From Minisyncoccota bacterium (lineage in GTDB: Bacteria; Patescibacteriota; Minisyncoccia; Phycocordibacterales; JABAAK01): 64,000 bases of DNA. Location of the stretch: positions 225,819 to 289,818 of the forward strand of contig OZ244141.1 of NCBI GenBank assembly GCA_965216295.1. Direction: 5' to 3'. The notes beneath the pieces are model-generated. The model ran no database searches. It saw nothing but the letters and a program-made list of their open reading frames with translations, and had not been told where the DNA came from. Of this stretch, positions 30,851-40,258 are shown piece after piece. Position 1 is the first letter of the stretch; each line of letters starts with the position of its first letter. The position numbers and the translations under genes were made by a program.

Positions 30851-31891
30851 ATGAAAAACATACTGATAATATTCGTTGTTGCGTTTGTATTTGGCTGGTT
30901 TGCAGAAACCCTCGTTGGAACTACTGATAGGGTATCTCTCATTAAAAGCAGAGGACATCTCAACTGTGGAGCAGGTGTAGAACTCCCTGGCTTTGGATTT
31001 ATTGTCAATGGAAAAAACGTTGGTTTTGATGTAAGTATCTGTAGGGCGGTTGCTGTTGCTGTATTGGGGGATAAGGATGCAATTAAGGTTACCAACTATC
31101 CAGCAAAAGATAGAGCAGAAGCATTAAAGAGTGGAGATGTTGACCTACTACTCAATACAACAACAAAGACAAGTTCAAGAGAGATACTCTGGGGTAACTT
31201 CCTTCCAGTCCTTTTCTATGATGGACAAGGGTTTCTGACACATAAAGATGGAAGTACAAGCCTTCTGGGGCTACATGGTAAGAAGGTGTGTGTTGCTGAA
31301 GGCACAACAACATTCTCAAATCTCGTTGATTTTTCAAAACAAAACAGTTTACACATAGATCCTGTACTATTTGATGATTCTACTACTGCAGCAAAAGGGT
31401 ATGACACTGGGGAATGTGATTTTTTTACAACAGATACATCAGCACTTATCGCGACACGAACAACACTGTCTGATCCATCAGCACATATAATTCTATCAGG
31501 AACGATTTCTGAAGAACCTCTTTCTCCTATAGTCCCTCATGGAGATGAAGAATGGTATTCATTGGTTCAAACGGTGATAGGGATACTTATCCAATCAGAA
31601 GCACTGGGAATAAATTCTGAAAATATACCAGATCAAGCAACAGGTAATCTAGCTATTGATAGACTACTTGGCTTTTCAGATGACTTTGGACAAGAGGCAC
31701 TAGGGTTACAGAAGGATATAGCACAGAAGATTATACAATCTGTAGGAAACTATGGAGAGATATTTGCAGAGAATTTCCAGAATAGTACTATATATATTCC
31801 TAGAGACAACACCAGAAACGCTCTGTGGGATAAAGCTCCATGTACAGATTGTCCAAAGGGTGGACAGATATACGCTCCTCCTCTACGGTAG
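30851..31891 (+). CDS. Periplasmic-type general L-amino-acid ABC transporter substrate-binding protein (AapJ/BztA-like), apparently orphan.
   Basis: It has a signal peptide. Conserved PBP type-2 blocks match AapJ: LNCGAGVELPGFGF, NVGFDVSICRAVAVAVLGD, DLLLNTTT, FYDGQGF, KVCVAEGTTT, GECDFFTTDTSAL. No permease or ATPase gene is adjacent. Confidence 0.7.
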   Translation: MKNILIIFVVAFVFGWFAETLVGTTDRVSLIKSRGHLNCGAGVELPGFGFIVNGKNVGFDVSICRAVAVAVLGDKDAIKVTNYPAKDRAEALKSGDVDLLLNTTTKTSSREILWGNFLPVLFYDGQGFLTHKDGSTSLLGLHGKKVCVAEGTTTFSNLVDFSKQNSLHIDPVLFDDSTTAAKGYDTGECDFFTTDTSALIATRTTLSDPSAHIILSGTISEEPLSPIVPHGDEEWYSLVQTVIGILIQSEALGINSENIPDQATGNLAIDRLLGFSDDFGQEALGLQKDIAQKIIQSVGNYGEIFAENFQNSTIYIPRDNTRNALWDKAPCTDCPKGGQIYAPPLR

Positions 31892-31955
31892 GGTATACAA
31901 TCATCTCTTTAGTTGATGTTGTTGTCTGGGGTCAGGTTATGATTAAGACAATTCG

Positions 31956-32510
31956 TTAAGGTGTAGAGATGTCACGAGATTCTTCATTTTCTCCGTCATA
32001 ATACCAAATTTTTTTCTTCTTTATAATTAAACAAACACCGTGTTTATAACGATAATTACCAAGTTTATTAACTAGGCATTTAATCTTTTTCACATCTCTT
32101 TTAGAATAAATTTCTCCATTTTTTCCGCTATTTTTCCATTTGTCATCCGATCTAGCTTTATCCTTTTTTACTTCTATAACAAAAATATTTTTATTATTAT
32201 TGCCAGGTGAATGAAAAACAATATCAGGAATTATTGGCCTACTAGGTCTATTCCTTTCGGCATCACTCGCTTTCACATTACTTCTTTTCACGCTATTCTT
32301 TTTTACACCATGTTTCTTTTCCTTACGTTTATTATATTCACAATCTAATTTTAAATTTGGATATTTTTTTTTAAGCTTTGGTTGTAAAAAACAATACATT
32401 TTAGATACTAAATTCCTTTCACTGACACCAATTCTAAGTGCTTCACTCTCCTCTCTGTATAAATATCTGACACTCTCTTCTAGTAAATGAATCAATTCTC
32501 TTTTAGTCAT
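31956..32510 (-). CDS. Basic protein with a NERD-like/PD-ExK core motif (hypothetical, 184 aa).
   Basis: PIIPDIVFHSPGNNNKNIFVIEVKKDK fits the (D)IVh...hhVIEVK core. The motif is shared with CDS 25059-25823. The rest of the protein is Lys-rich. Confidence 0.4.
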   Translation of the reverse strand: MTKRELIHLLEESVRYLYREESEALRIGVSERNLVSKMYCFLQPKLKKKYPNLKLDCEYNKRKEKKHGVKKNSVKRSNVKASDAERNRPSRPIIPDIVFHSPGNNNKNIFVIEVKKDKARSDDKWKNSGKNGEIYSKRDVKKIKCLVNKLGNYRYKHGVCLIIKKKKIWYYDGENEESRDISTP

Positions 32511-32563
32511 GGACTATAAGTATACTCTAAACCCAAAATATAGCGAGAAGAATGTATATCAGT

Positions 32564-32657
32564 TGGCGGAGGGGGAGGGATTCGAACCCTCGATGAGACT
32601 TTGACACCCCATACTCCCTTAGCAGGGGAGCGCTTTCAACCACTCAGCCACCCCTCC
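32564..32657 (-). tRNA. tRNA-Ser (anticodon GCT), with a long variable arm and an encoded CCA.
   Basis: Reverse complement: ggaggggtggctgagtggttgaaagcgctcccctGCTaagggag...ggttcgaatccctccccctccgCCA. The anticodon loop is ctGCTaa. Confidence 0.85.
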
Positions 32658-32719
32658 CATATACAGCGACAGAGACACACTCTACCGTGGTACATATGTT
32701 CACCATACCACAGAGGACC

Positions 32720-33397
32720 TTACACAGTTCGAGCAAACGCTACAGTATATACCGCAACTGCCCCTGCATCTAATAGGGCACGCTTTGCTTCATCTAATGT
32801 TGCACCAGTTGTTACCACATCATCAAAAACGTAACAGGTTACTCCAGAAACATATCGCGTATCTGCAACCAGAGCATGCTTCACATTCTTTTTCCTTGCC
32901 AACCTATCGCGAACAGTGCTTTGTCGCGCAATGGTTCGTGTATATCTCAAAACACCTTCTGTCACAATAGGTAGTTGTGGTTGCATTTTTCGAAGACGCT
33001 TTGCAATACGAAAAAGGTGACTATACCCATCTTTCTTTGTACGCACAACAGAAGGAGGAATAGTGGTCACAAGCACGGCACCAGTATGATCTGCTACCTT
33101 ATCAATCAGCACCCTCCCAAGTACCTCTGCAATGATTGCAATACTGTGTCCATGTGCCTCATATTTACAGGCAAAGAGGATATCACGGACTTCCTGATTT
33201 CTATATGATAAGAGGGTTTCGTGCCCATAGTGCATCTTTGGTGAGGTAAGGGTATGGATGTGTGCGAGAGTCACCGATGCTGCTTTTCTTGCGTAGTGCC
33301 GTAACGGGAAGAGTACTTGAAACAATGAGGAAAAAACACACTTTGCGTGTGCAATAAGAGTACCTTCATATCGCATAGTAAGAAAGTACCACGTCAC
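32720..33397 (-). CDS. comF: ComF family phosphoribosyltransferase-domain competence protein.
   Basis: The C-terminal PRTase motif VFDDVVTTGATLDEAKRALLDAGAVAV is present. The gene diverges from pilM. The start could be the internal M at 33376. Confidence 0.75.
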   Translation of the reverse strand: MTWYFLTMRYEGTLIAHAKCVFSSLFQVLFPLRHYARKAASVTLAHIHTLTSPKMHYGHETLLSYRNQEVRDILFACKYEAHGHSIAIIAEVLGRVLIDKVADHTGAVLVTTIPPSVVRTKKDGYSHLFRIAKRLRKMQPQLPIVTEGVLRYTRTIARQSTVRDRLARKKNVKHALVADTRYVSGVTCYVFDDVVTTGATLDEAKRALLDAGAVAVYTVAFARTV

Positions 33398-33421
33398 GTG
33401 TCATGCTACAATAGGGTAAGA

Positions 33422-34540
33422 ATGGGTTTACTCGACACAGTCAAGGGTGTATTTACAGGAGGCCAAAAGAGCGTTATTGGTATAGACATTGGTTCCTCTG
33501 CTATCAAAGTGGTGCAGGCACGACAAGAGCGTGGTGTTGCCGTGTTGGAGACTTACGGTTCTCTTGCGTTAGGACCATACAAAGATGGTCAAGTCGGACA
33601 ATATGTCAAAACAGAGCCAGAAGTACTCCACACCGTACTCTCAGTTCTCTTGAAAGAGGCGAAAGTTACTTCACGCAATGCTGGCATTTCAATACCATTT
33701 CACTCAAGTCTCATATCTATCATTGATGTTCCACCACTCTCTGATGAAAAAATTGCACAGGCAATTCCATTTGAAGCACGCCGACATATTCCTATCCCCC
33801 TTGAAGAGGTTTCTATTGATTGGTTTATCATACCGCAAGCATTACTTGAAGGTGAGAACACGCCAATATTTGAAAACGAGCAACAGCCAATCATGCCGAA
33901 AGAAGAGAAGAGAAAAGTACTTCTCATCGCTATACATAATCATGAACTCATGCGGTATAAGAAGATAGCTGAGTACGCAAAGTTACAAGTTAACTTTTTT
34001 GAAATTGAAATTTTTAGTGCACTTCGTGGTGTTGTTCATGAAAACAGGTACCCCATTATGATTATTGACATCGGGGCACAGACAACAAAGTTCTACATCC
34101 TTGAACACGGTATTGTGTTACGATCTTACTTTATCAAACAAGGGGGACAGACGATTACGAATGCTATTATGTTCAACAACCAGTCCACCTTTCAAGAAGC
34201 AGAGTCACAGAAACGGCAGCACGGTTTAGAAACGAAATCTGATGGGATGCTTCAGGCAATCAGGCTTGTTCTCAACGAGGTATTCACCGAGGCAAACACA
34301 GCGATAAGTGATTTTGAGAATCGATACCGGCAATCAGTCGGATCGGTCATTTTAACTGGTGGTGGTGCTACGTTGCGAGGATTGCTCCCAGAAGCACAGA
34401 AAAACTTTACCGTTTCGGTAGAATTGGCAGATCCATTTTCCCGCCTTAATCACCCACTATTTCTGAGTGAAACATTAAAGAACACTGGACCAGAGTTTTC
34501 TGTTGCACTCGGTGCGGCACTTCGTATGTTAGGGTCATAG
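33422..34540 (+). CDS. pilM: Type IV pilus assembly protein PilM (actin-like ATPase fold).
   Basis: The N-terminal VIGIDIGSSAIKVV and overall PilM/FtsA-like organisation. The track start at 33347 would overlap comF, so the ATG at 33422 (MGLLDTVKG) is preferred. Confidence 0.75.
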   Translation: MGLLDTVKGVFTGGQKSVIGIDIGSSAIKVVQARQERGVAVLETYGSLALGPYKDGQVGQYVKTEPEVLHTVLSVLLKEAKVTSRNAGISIPFHSSLISIIDVPPLSDEKIAQAIPFEARRHIPIPLEEVSIDWFIIPQALLEGENTPIFENEQQPIMPKEEKRKVLLIAIHNHELMRYKKIAEYAKLQVNFFEIEIFSALRGVVHENRYPIMIIDIGAQTTKFYILEHGIVLRSYFIKQGGQTITNAIMFNNQSTFQEAESQKRQHGLETKSDGMLQAIRLVLNEVFTEANTAISDFENRYRQSVGSVILTGGGATLRGLLPEAQKNFTVSVELADPFSRLNHPLFLSETLKNTGPEFSVALGAALRMLGS

Positions 34541-35242
34541 GTGGGGTATACTGCGTGTAGTAGACATATGCAACCAGATTTTGAAAAAAGTTTTCTCAAA
34601 CCACCAAAGGGCAATTCAGGATTGCCAGAAGGAGGAGGTGCCAGAATGATTGGTAAGAAAGGCAAAGAAGGGAGTGGTGGTGTGGTTATACTCGAGTCTG
34701 TCATTGCCACCATTATCCTGATTATGACTATCTTAGGAGCTGGTGTTGTATACGGCGCAGAATTCTTTATTAAAAGTAACATTACCAGTACAGAAGAGTC
34801 AGTTGATAATGCATTAAAGGAATTTCACCTTGACGATTTAAAGGCACAGAGAAAATTTACACAACAGATAGGGGTATTTCGTGATATTATAACAATTCGT
34901 TCAAACTACGGGTACATTATTGATCAAGCATCTGATATTGTTGCCCCTGGAACTTTTTTCTCTTCACTAAAAATTACACCCACAGGGGAATCAGATGTAC
35001 TGGCATACCAGGTAACAATCGCTGCAACCTCAGAGGGTTTTGATGCTTACTTCCAACAGGTGAAAATACTACGACAGAAACAAGAGGAAGAAGAATTCAT
35101 ACAGACAAACTTAATTGCTGGTGGTGAAGTGACGAGTTTTCGCGTTGGGCGGGATGAAGAATCTAACCCCATCGTACTTTTCAACTATACAACAACTGTC
35201 CCGCTGAGTGTCCTGCAGCGTAATTTTACAGAAGAATCATAA
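34541..35242 (+). CDS. pilN: PilN-like bitopic pilus assembly protein.
   Basis: Position in the pilM-N-O order and a single TM helix (VVILESVIATIILIMTILGAGVV). The start may be the internal M at ~34646. Confidence 0.5.
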   Translation: MGYTACSRHMQPDFEKSFLKPPKGNSGLPEGGGARMIGKKGKEGSGGVVILESVIATIILIMTILGAGVVYGAEFFIKSNITSTEESVDNALKEFHLDDLKAQRKFTQQIGVFRDIITIRSNYGYIIDQASDIVAPGTFFSSLKITPTGESDVLAYQVTIAATSEGFDAYFQQVKILRQKQEEEEFIQTNLIAGGEVTSFRVGRDEESNPIVLFNYTTTVPLSVLQRNFTEES

Positions 35243-35247
35243 AGCCT

Positions 35248-35802
35248 ATGAATCCCATTGTCGTACCAATAGCCATTGTCCTTCTTTCTGCGATTACCTA
35301 TTCGCAGTTTTTGAAACCACAGTTTGATGTCGTGGTGAAGCAATATGATAACCTCAAAGCCATTGAGACGAGCCTTGGTACTCTCAAAGAGGTGCGATCT
35401 AAGGTGGATAAAGTGATTAGTCAGTATAAATTGTTACAGGAAGAATATACTCATGAATTAAATCTCATTACTCAGGTCATACCAGAAGGAAACCCCGTGT
35501 CAGTTGCTGATTTCTTGATTGATCTTAATAATATAATGAATGAAAGCCGTATGCCACGAGATGCAACTGTTTCAGTGGGAAGTGTCAACGATACTGGTTC
35601 GGTGATACTACTACCAGTGACTATTACTGCAACAGTACCATTTGTTGTCGCGAAAGACTTTATCAGTCTTGTGCAGCGTTGGGGTCGGGGGGTTCGAGTG
35701 ACTGATGTCTATATGCAACGTACATACAGTGGCGATCAAGAGACGGTTACTCAGCAACTTATCTCATTTCGTATACAAATGGAAGCGTTGTTTACTCGTT
35801 AA
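35248..35802 (+). CDS. pilO: PilO-like pilus assembly protein.
   Basis: An N-terminal TM helix is followed by a coiled-coil, then by a ferredoxin-like fold. Confidence 0.5.
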   Translation: MNPIVVPIAIVLLSAITYSQFLKPQFDVVVKQYDNLKAIETSLGTLKEVRSKVDKVISQYKLLQEEYTHELNLITQVIPEGNPVSVADFLIDLNNIMNESRMPRDATVSVGSVNDTGSVILLPVTITATVPFVVAKDFISLVQRWGRGVRVTDVYMQRTYSGDQETVTQQLISFRIQMEALFTR

Positions 35803-35811
35803 TATGTCAAT

Positions 35812-36309
35812 GTGTCTATGAAAAACTTTTTAAAGATAAAAAACAAAGGAAGTTTGGTGTTCTTTTTGTTTGTCATTTTCTCATTCTACATCGGACACCA
35901 GTTTGCAAAAGAGGGAACTGTTCTTGAAGATGTTTCTGTTCTCTCACAAGCACAAGAGCAGTTTCTCAATATTAATAATGTTGTTGATGAGATACAACTT
36001 GACACCCACACCTCATTTCTTGAAACCTTACAGAGCGAGGGCAATCAGTTCTATCGAGAACCTAGGGAAATAGATGCTCAGGTAAGGGCATATACTAAAC
36101 GAGCTGACCCATTTGATATCAACTCAAAAGCAGTTATTGAAGAGACGGAACCAGATGAATATGAAAAGGATGCTACACCAGAAGTGGAAGAAGAACCAGA
36201 GAATAAAACAACACCAGAAGTGGAAGAAGAACCAGAGAATGAAGCAACACCAGAAGTGAAAGAAGAACCAACGGATGAAAAGGAGGAATCCGAATCAAAC
36301 GAGGAGTAA
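35812..36309 (+). CDS. Membrane-anchored protein with an acidic tandem-repeat tail (TPEVEEEPEN x3), within the pilus operon.
   Basis: N-terminal TM helix. The C-terminal repeats are ATPEVEEEPENKT/TPEVEEEPENEA/TPEVKEEPTDE. Confidence 0.5.
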   Translation: MSMKNFLKIKNKGSLVFFLFVIFSFYIGHQFAKEGTVLEDVSVLSQAQEQFLNINNVVDEIQLDTHTSFLETLQSEGNQFYREPREIDAQVRAYTKRADPFDINSKAVIEETEPDEYEKDATPEVEEEPENKTTPEVEEEPENEATPEVKEEPTDEKEESESNEE

Positions 36310-36324
36310 TAGTAAACAGTACAT

Positions 36325-38142
36325 ATGGTTGGCGAGGAAAACACAAAAAAAGATATCGATGAAACAGTAGAGGTAGAGATAAGTGCAAATTTTCAAATAG
36401 CAGATGAATTGCTCAACTATATTCCTCAAGAATCGGCTGAGTTGTATAACATTGTGCCGTTACGCATTGAAAACCAAACACTCTACATAGGTGCGATTAA
36501 TCCAAAGAATCTTGATGTTCGCGATGCACTAAACTTCATAGCATCACGGAATGGTATTTCGTATAAGTTGCAGAAGATTAGTAAGAGTGACCTTGAACGT
36601 CTCTTACGGCAGTACAGTCAAGCAGGAACTGCGGTGAGTGAAGCACTTGAGCAAATTGAGGCACAAAGTGATGTCATACTTGAAGTCGATGAAGAGCGGG
36701 GCATAGATGGTGTAGATATTATCAAGGAAGAGGCGCCAGTCATTAAATTGGTGAGTACTATACTCGGTGAGGCTGTTCGAAAGAAAGCATCAGACATACA
36801 TATTGAACCACACATAACCTTTTCCCTCGTTCGGTATCGTCTTGACGGTATTTTGCATGAAACATTACGATTTCCAAGAAAAGTCCATAACCCACTCATT
36901 GCGCGTATTAAAATTCTATCAAATCTGCGTTTAGACGAACGACGCAGACCGCAGGATGGACGATTCTCAAGTGTCTTTGCCAATCGTCGTATTGATTTTC
37001 GTGTTGCTGTTTTCCCCACATCAGATGGTGAAAAGATAACTCTTCGTATTTTGGATAAACAAAAAGGACTTCTCTCCCTCAATCATCTCGGACTCACGCA
37101 ACAAACAGAGGAAAAACTCTTGGAAGCGGTTAATCGTCCATATGGATTAATTCTTGCAGCTGGTCCAACTGGTGCCGGAAAAACGACAACAATGTATGCA
37201 CTTCTTAATATTCTTGATAAAAAGACAAAGAACATTGTTTCATTGGAAGATCCTGTTGAGTACAGTCTTGAGGGTATCAGTCAGTCAAACATTCGCCCAG
37301 AGCTTGGGTATACTTTTGCAAACGGATTACGATCTATACTTCGTGGTGACCCAGATCAAATGTTTGTTGGTGAAATTCGTGACCGAGAAACCGCACAGCT
37401 TGCTATACAGGCAGCACTCACTGGTCACACTGTTTTCTCTACCATCCACACCAACACAGCAATTGGAGCCGTCTCTCGTCTCATCAACTTTGGTATTGAT
37501 CCGTTCCTCTTAGCACCAACACTCTCTTTGGTCATTGGGCAACGAATGGCACGACGTATCGCAGGTGATGGAAAAGAGCTTCCTATCAATGATGCAATGC
37601 GAAAGAGACTTGACGGTGTGTTTCAAGATTTACCCAAAAAGTATCATGATGTAATTCCAGAATTTACCTCATTTAAAGAAATAGCTCCAACAAAAGAATC
37701 TCCCAGTGGTATGTCGGGGCGTGTTGGTGTCTTTGAGATATTTAATATGAATGATAAGACAAGAGCTGCTATTCTTGAAAACCCAAGTGAACAGGAGCTC
37801 TACAAGATAGCTCGCCAAGACGGGATGGTGATGCTTGCCGAAGACGCAATTATTAAAGGACTTCAAGGGATTATTCCCTACTCTGAAATTGTCAAAATCA
37901 GCAGTGAACGGGCATTTGGCGATATACAAGAGTATGGTACTGACTTAGATCTTGATGGTGAATCTTCTGTGATACCAGAATCTATTGTTGAAAAGGTTAT
38001 TGCACCAGAGGATGGTGGAAAAAAAGAAGAGACACATTCTAAGAATACACAGAAAAACAAAGAAGAATTTCAATTTCGTAGGAAAATACAAAAACCTGCA
38101 GCGGTTGATATCACAAAAGGGAAAGAAAAGAGTATCTCTTGA
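36325..38142 (+). CDS. pilB: Type IV pilus assembly ATPase PilB (GspE family).
   Basis: It has an N-terminal GSPII_E_N-like domain and Walker A (LAAGPTGAGKTTT). The hexameric secretion ATPase motifs and the tetracysteine-less CPR-type C-terminus are also present. The ATG start has a good context. Confidence 0.85.
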   Translation: MVGEENTKKDIDETVEVEISANFQIADELLNYIPQESAELYNIVPLRIENQTLYIGAINPKNLDVRDALNFIASRNGISYKLQKISKSDLERLLRQYSQAGTAVSEALEQIEAQSDVILEVDEERGIDGVDIIKEEAPVIKLVSTILGEAVRKKASDIHIEPHITFSLVRYRLDGILHETLRFPRKVHNPLIARIKILSNLRLDERRRPQDGRFSSVFANRRIDFRVAVFPTSDGEKITLRILDKQKGLLSLNHLGLTQQTEEKLLEAVNRPYGLILAAGPTGAGKTTTMYALLNILDKKTKNIVSLEDPVEYSLEGISQSNIRPELGYTFANGLRSILRGDPDQMFVGEIRDRETAQLAIQAALTGHTVFSTIHTNTAIGAVSRLINFGIDPFLLAPTLSLVIGQRMARRIAGDGKELPINDAMRKRLDGVFQDLPKKYHDVIPEFTSFKEIAPTKESPSGMSGRVGVFEIFNMNDKTRAAILENPSEQELYKIARQDGMVMLAEDAIIKGLQGIIPYSEIVKISSERAFGDIQEYGTDLDLDGESSVIPESIVEKVIAPEDGGKKEETHSKNTQKNKEEFQFRRKIQKPAAVDITKGKEKSIS

Positions 38143-38184
38143 TTTTGCAACAAATTTGAGAAATACTCATGGTAATATACAGTT

Positions 38185-39132
38185 GTGGATGTTGTTCTCT
38201 CATTTTTTGTTTTTCCGCTTTCATTGATTGCGCTTATCATTGGTGCTAGTTACCTGTTGCGAGGAGCACAACAGCTCGGTATCGTGATAGGGATTAGTCC
38301 ATTTATTGTTGGTGCTTTCATTATTGCTTTTGGTACCTCACTTCCTGAACTGGCAATTGCTATCCTTTCAGTTATTGATGGGGTAAACGAAGTGCCTGTT
38401 GCGCAAGCCATTGGTTCAAACGTTGTGAATACACTTCTCGTTGTTGCAGTAGCAGCAATTATTGCTCGTCGCATTGATGTAGGAAAAAATCTTATTGATG
38501 TAGAGATTCCCATACTCGTTGGTGTTACCATTCTGTTTGTTGGAATGATATACGATGGTTCAATTTCATTTTTGGAATCGATAATCCTCCTCATCGTTTT
38601 TCTCCTCTATCTTCTCTATCTCTTCAGTGAAAAGGATAACCGTTCATATCCAGAGGATTCAGATTCCATGCTACGGCGATTGTCTGAAGCACCGAAGGAT
38701 TTTTTCTTTGTTGTCTTTGGTCTCATCACTATCACCGTTGCGGCAAATCTTATCATTGAATCAATGGTATCAATTGCTCAGTTCTTTGAAGTGAACGAAG
38801 GGCTTGTTGCAGCAACGGTGCTCTCGCTTGGTACATCATTGCCAGAACTTGTTGTGACTATTCAAGGGGCATTGAAAAAACAGGTTGAATTGGTCATTGG
38901 TAGTATCATCGGCTCTAATATCTTCAATATCCTCGCTACTGTTGGTATCCCAGGACTTGTTGGAACACTCACTATTGATCACCAATCCTTTGTGGTCGGT
39001 GTCCCAGCACTCATTGCGGTGACACTACTATTTGCTATCACAACAATTTCAAACCGTATACATCTCTGGGAAGGATTTCTCTATCTTGCGCTATACGTTC
39101 TCTTCATCATCAAGATGCTTGGTATTGCGTAG
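38185..39132 (+). CDS. Ca2+/Na+ antiporter (CaCA/YrbG family).
   Basis: It carries two alpha-repeat signatures (GTSLPELAIAILS and GTSLPELVVTIQGA) and 10 TM helices. Confidence 0.8.
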   Translation: MDVVLSFFVFPLSLIALIIGASYLLRGAQQLGIVIGISPFIVGAFIIAFGTSLPELAIAILSVIDGVNEVPVAQAIGSNVVNTLLVVAVAAIIARRIDVGKNLIDVEIPILVGVTILFVGMIYDGSISFLESIILLIVFLLYLLYLFSEKDNRSYPEDSDSMLRRLSEAPKDFFFVVFGLITITVAANLIIESMVSIAQFFEVNEGLVAATVLSLGTSLPELVVTIQGALKKQVELVIGSIIGSNIFNILATVGIPGLVGTLTIDHQSFVVGVPALIAVTLLFAITTISNRIHLWEGFLYLALYVLFIIKMLGIA

Positions 39133-39159
39133 GGAACAGTAGTAGTTCCATACTATATA

Positions 39160-40251
39160 ATGAAGGTAATGGATTTTCGTAATGAACTCAATGAATACAT
39201 TGTGACTCTGGTAGCGCGAAACGCATCTGATTTACATCTTGTTGTCAACTCAAAACCTCTCTTTCGGGCAGACCGTGAAATTATTCCATTCATACAGAAA
39301 GAAGCACTCACCGAAACAGATACTGAAGGATTCCTGGCAATACTCCTTGGCAAACCAGTTGATACGGCTCGGGAACTATTGAAAGAAAAGAAGCACATTC
39401 TATTTAGTTTTTCTCATACGGTGAAAGATGGTGTGACAGTGAACTTTCGCGGTACCGCATACCTTGAACGCAAGAGGATTGCGATAGCACTTCGTTTGGT
39501 ACCGCTATCTGAAAGAACAATAGTTGATTTAAACCTTCCTTCCATATTAGAATCCATCATTGAAGAACCGCAGGGTTTGTTTTTGGTTGTTGGTCCAGCT
39601 GGGAATGGTAAGTCAACTACCATGGCGGCTATGATAAATCAGATAAATAGAACAAGTCGGCAACATGTCTTAACGATTGAAGATCCTGTTGAGTTTATTT
39701 TTAAAAACAATGAAGCAATTATTACACAACGAGAAATTCCTCGTGATGCGCTAACATTTCGTTCAGCACTTGATAGTGCACTTCGTGCGGATGCAGATAT
39801 ATTAATGATTGGTGAAATGCGAGAAGTAGGAACAATGCAAGCAGTGATGACCGCTGCTGAAGTAGGGCATTTAGTATTCTCGACAGTACACGCAAACTCT
39901 GCTGCGCAAACAGTAGATCGTATTATTGATTCATTCCCTGTGGGACAACAACAACAAATTGCTGTTCAACTTTCTGCGGCACTTCTTGGTATTTGTTCAA
40001 TTCGCCTCCTTCCAAGAATCTCTGGAGGTCTCATTCCCGCCTGTGAAATACTTCTCAACACCAGTGCAATTGCGAACCTTATCCGTGAAAAGCGTACCGC
40101 AGGTATTGAAACGGTTATTCAAACAAGTCGTGAAGATGGCATGGTGAGCCTTGAACAGGCACTTGCTGATTTAGTTCGTAGTAATGAGATTGACCTGAGA
40201 ACAGCACAACGATTCTCAAAGGATGACAGAATACTGAGTAAATATTTATAG
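39160..40251 (+). CDS. pilT: Twitching-motility / pilus retraction ATPase PilT.
   Basis: Walker A is VGPAGNGKSTT. PilT-type motifs around MIGEMRE and the AIRNLIRE-like ANLIREKRTAGIE are present. Length is 363 aa. Confidence 0.8.
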   Translation: MKVMDFRNELNEYIVTLVARNASDLHLVVNSKPLFRADREIIPFIQKEALTETDTEGFLAILLGKPVDTARELLKEKKHILFSFSHTVKDGVTVNFRGTAYLERKRIAIALRLVPLSERTIVDLNLPSILESIIEEPQGLFLVVGPAGNGKSTTMAAMINQINRTSRQHVLTIEDPVEFIFKNNEAIITQREIPRDALTFRSALDSALRADADILMIGEMREVGTMQAVMTAAEVGHLVFSTVHANSAAQTVDRIIDSFPVGQQQQIAVQLSAALLGICSIRLLPRISGGLIPACEILLNTSAIANLIREKRTAGIETVIQTSREDGMVSLEQALADLVRSNEIDLRTAQRFSKDDRILSKYL

Positions 40252-40258
40252 GAGCTAT

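Noticed and set aside
33347-33421. Track start of pilM at 33347 overlapping comF by 50 nt on the opposite strand.
   Set aside because: The N-terminal 25 aa (MCNKSTFISHSKKVPRHVSCYNRVR) are not PilM-like. The conserved PilM N-terminus begins at MGLLDTVKG (33422), so the upstream extension was dropped.
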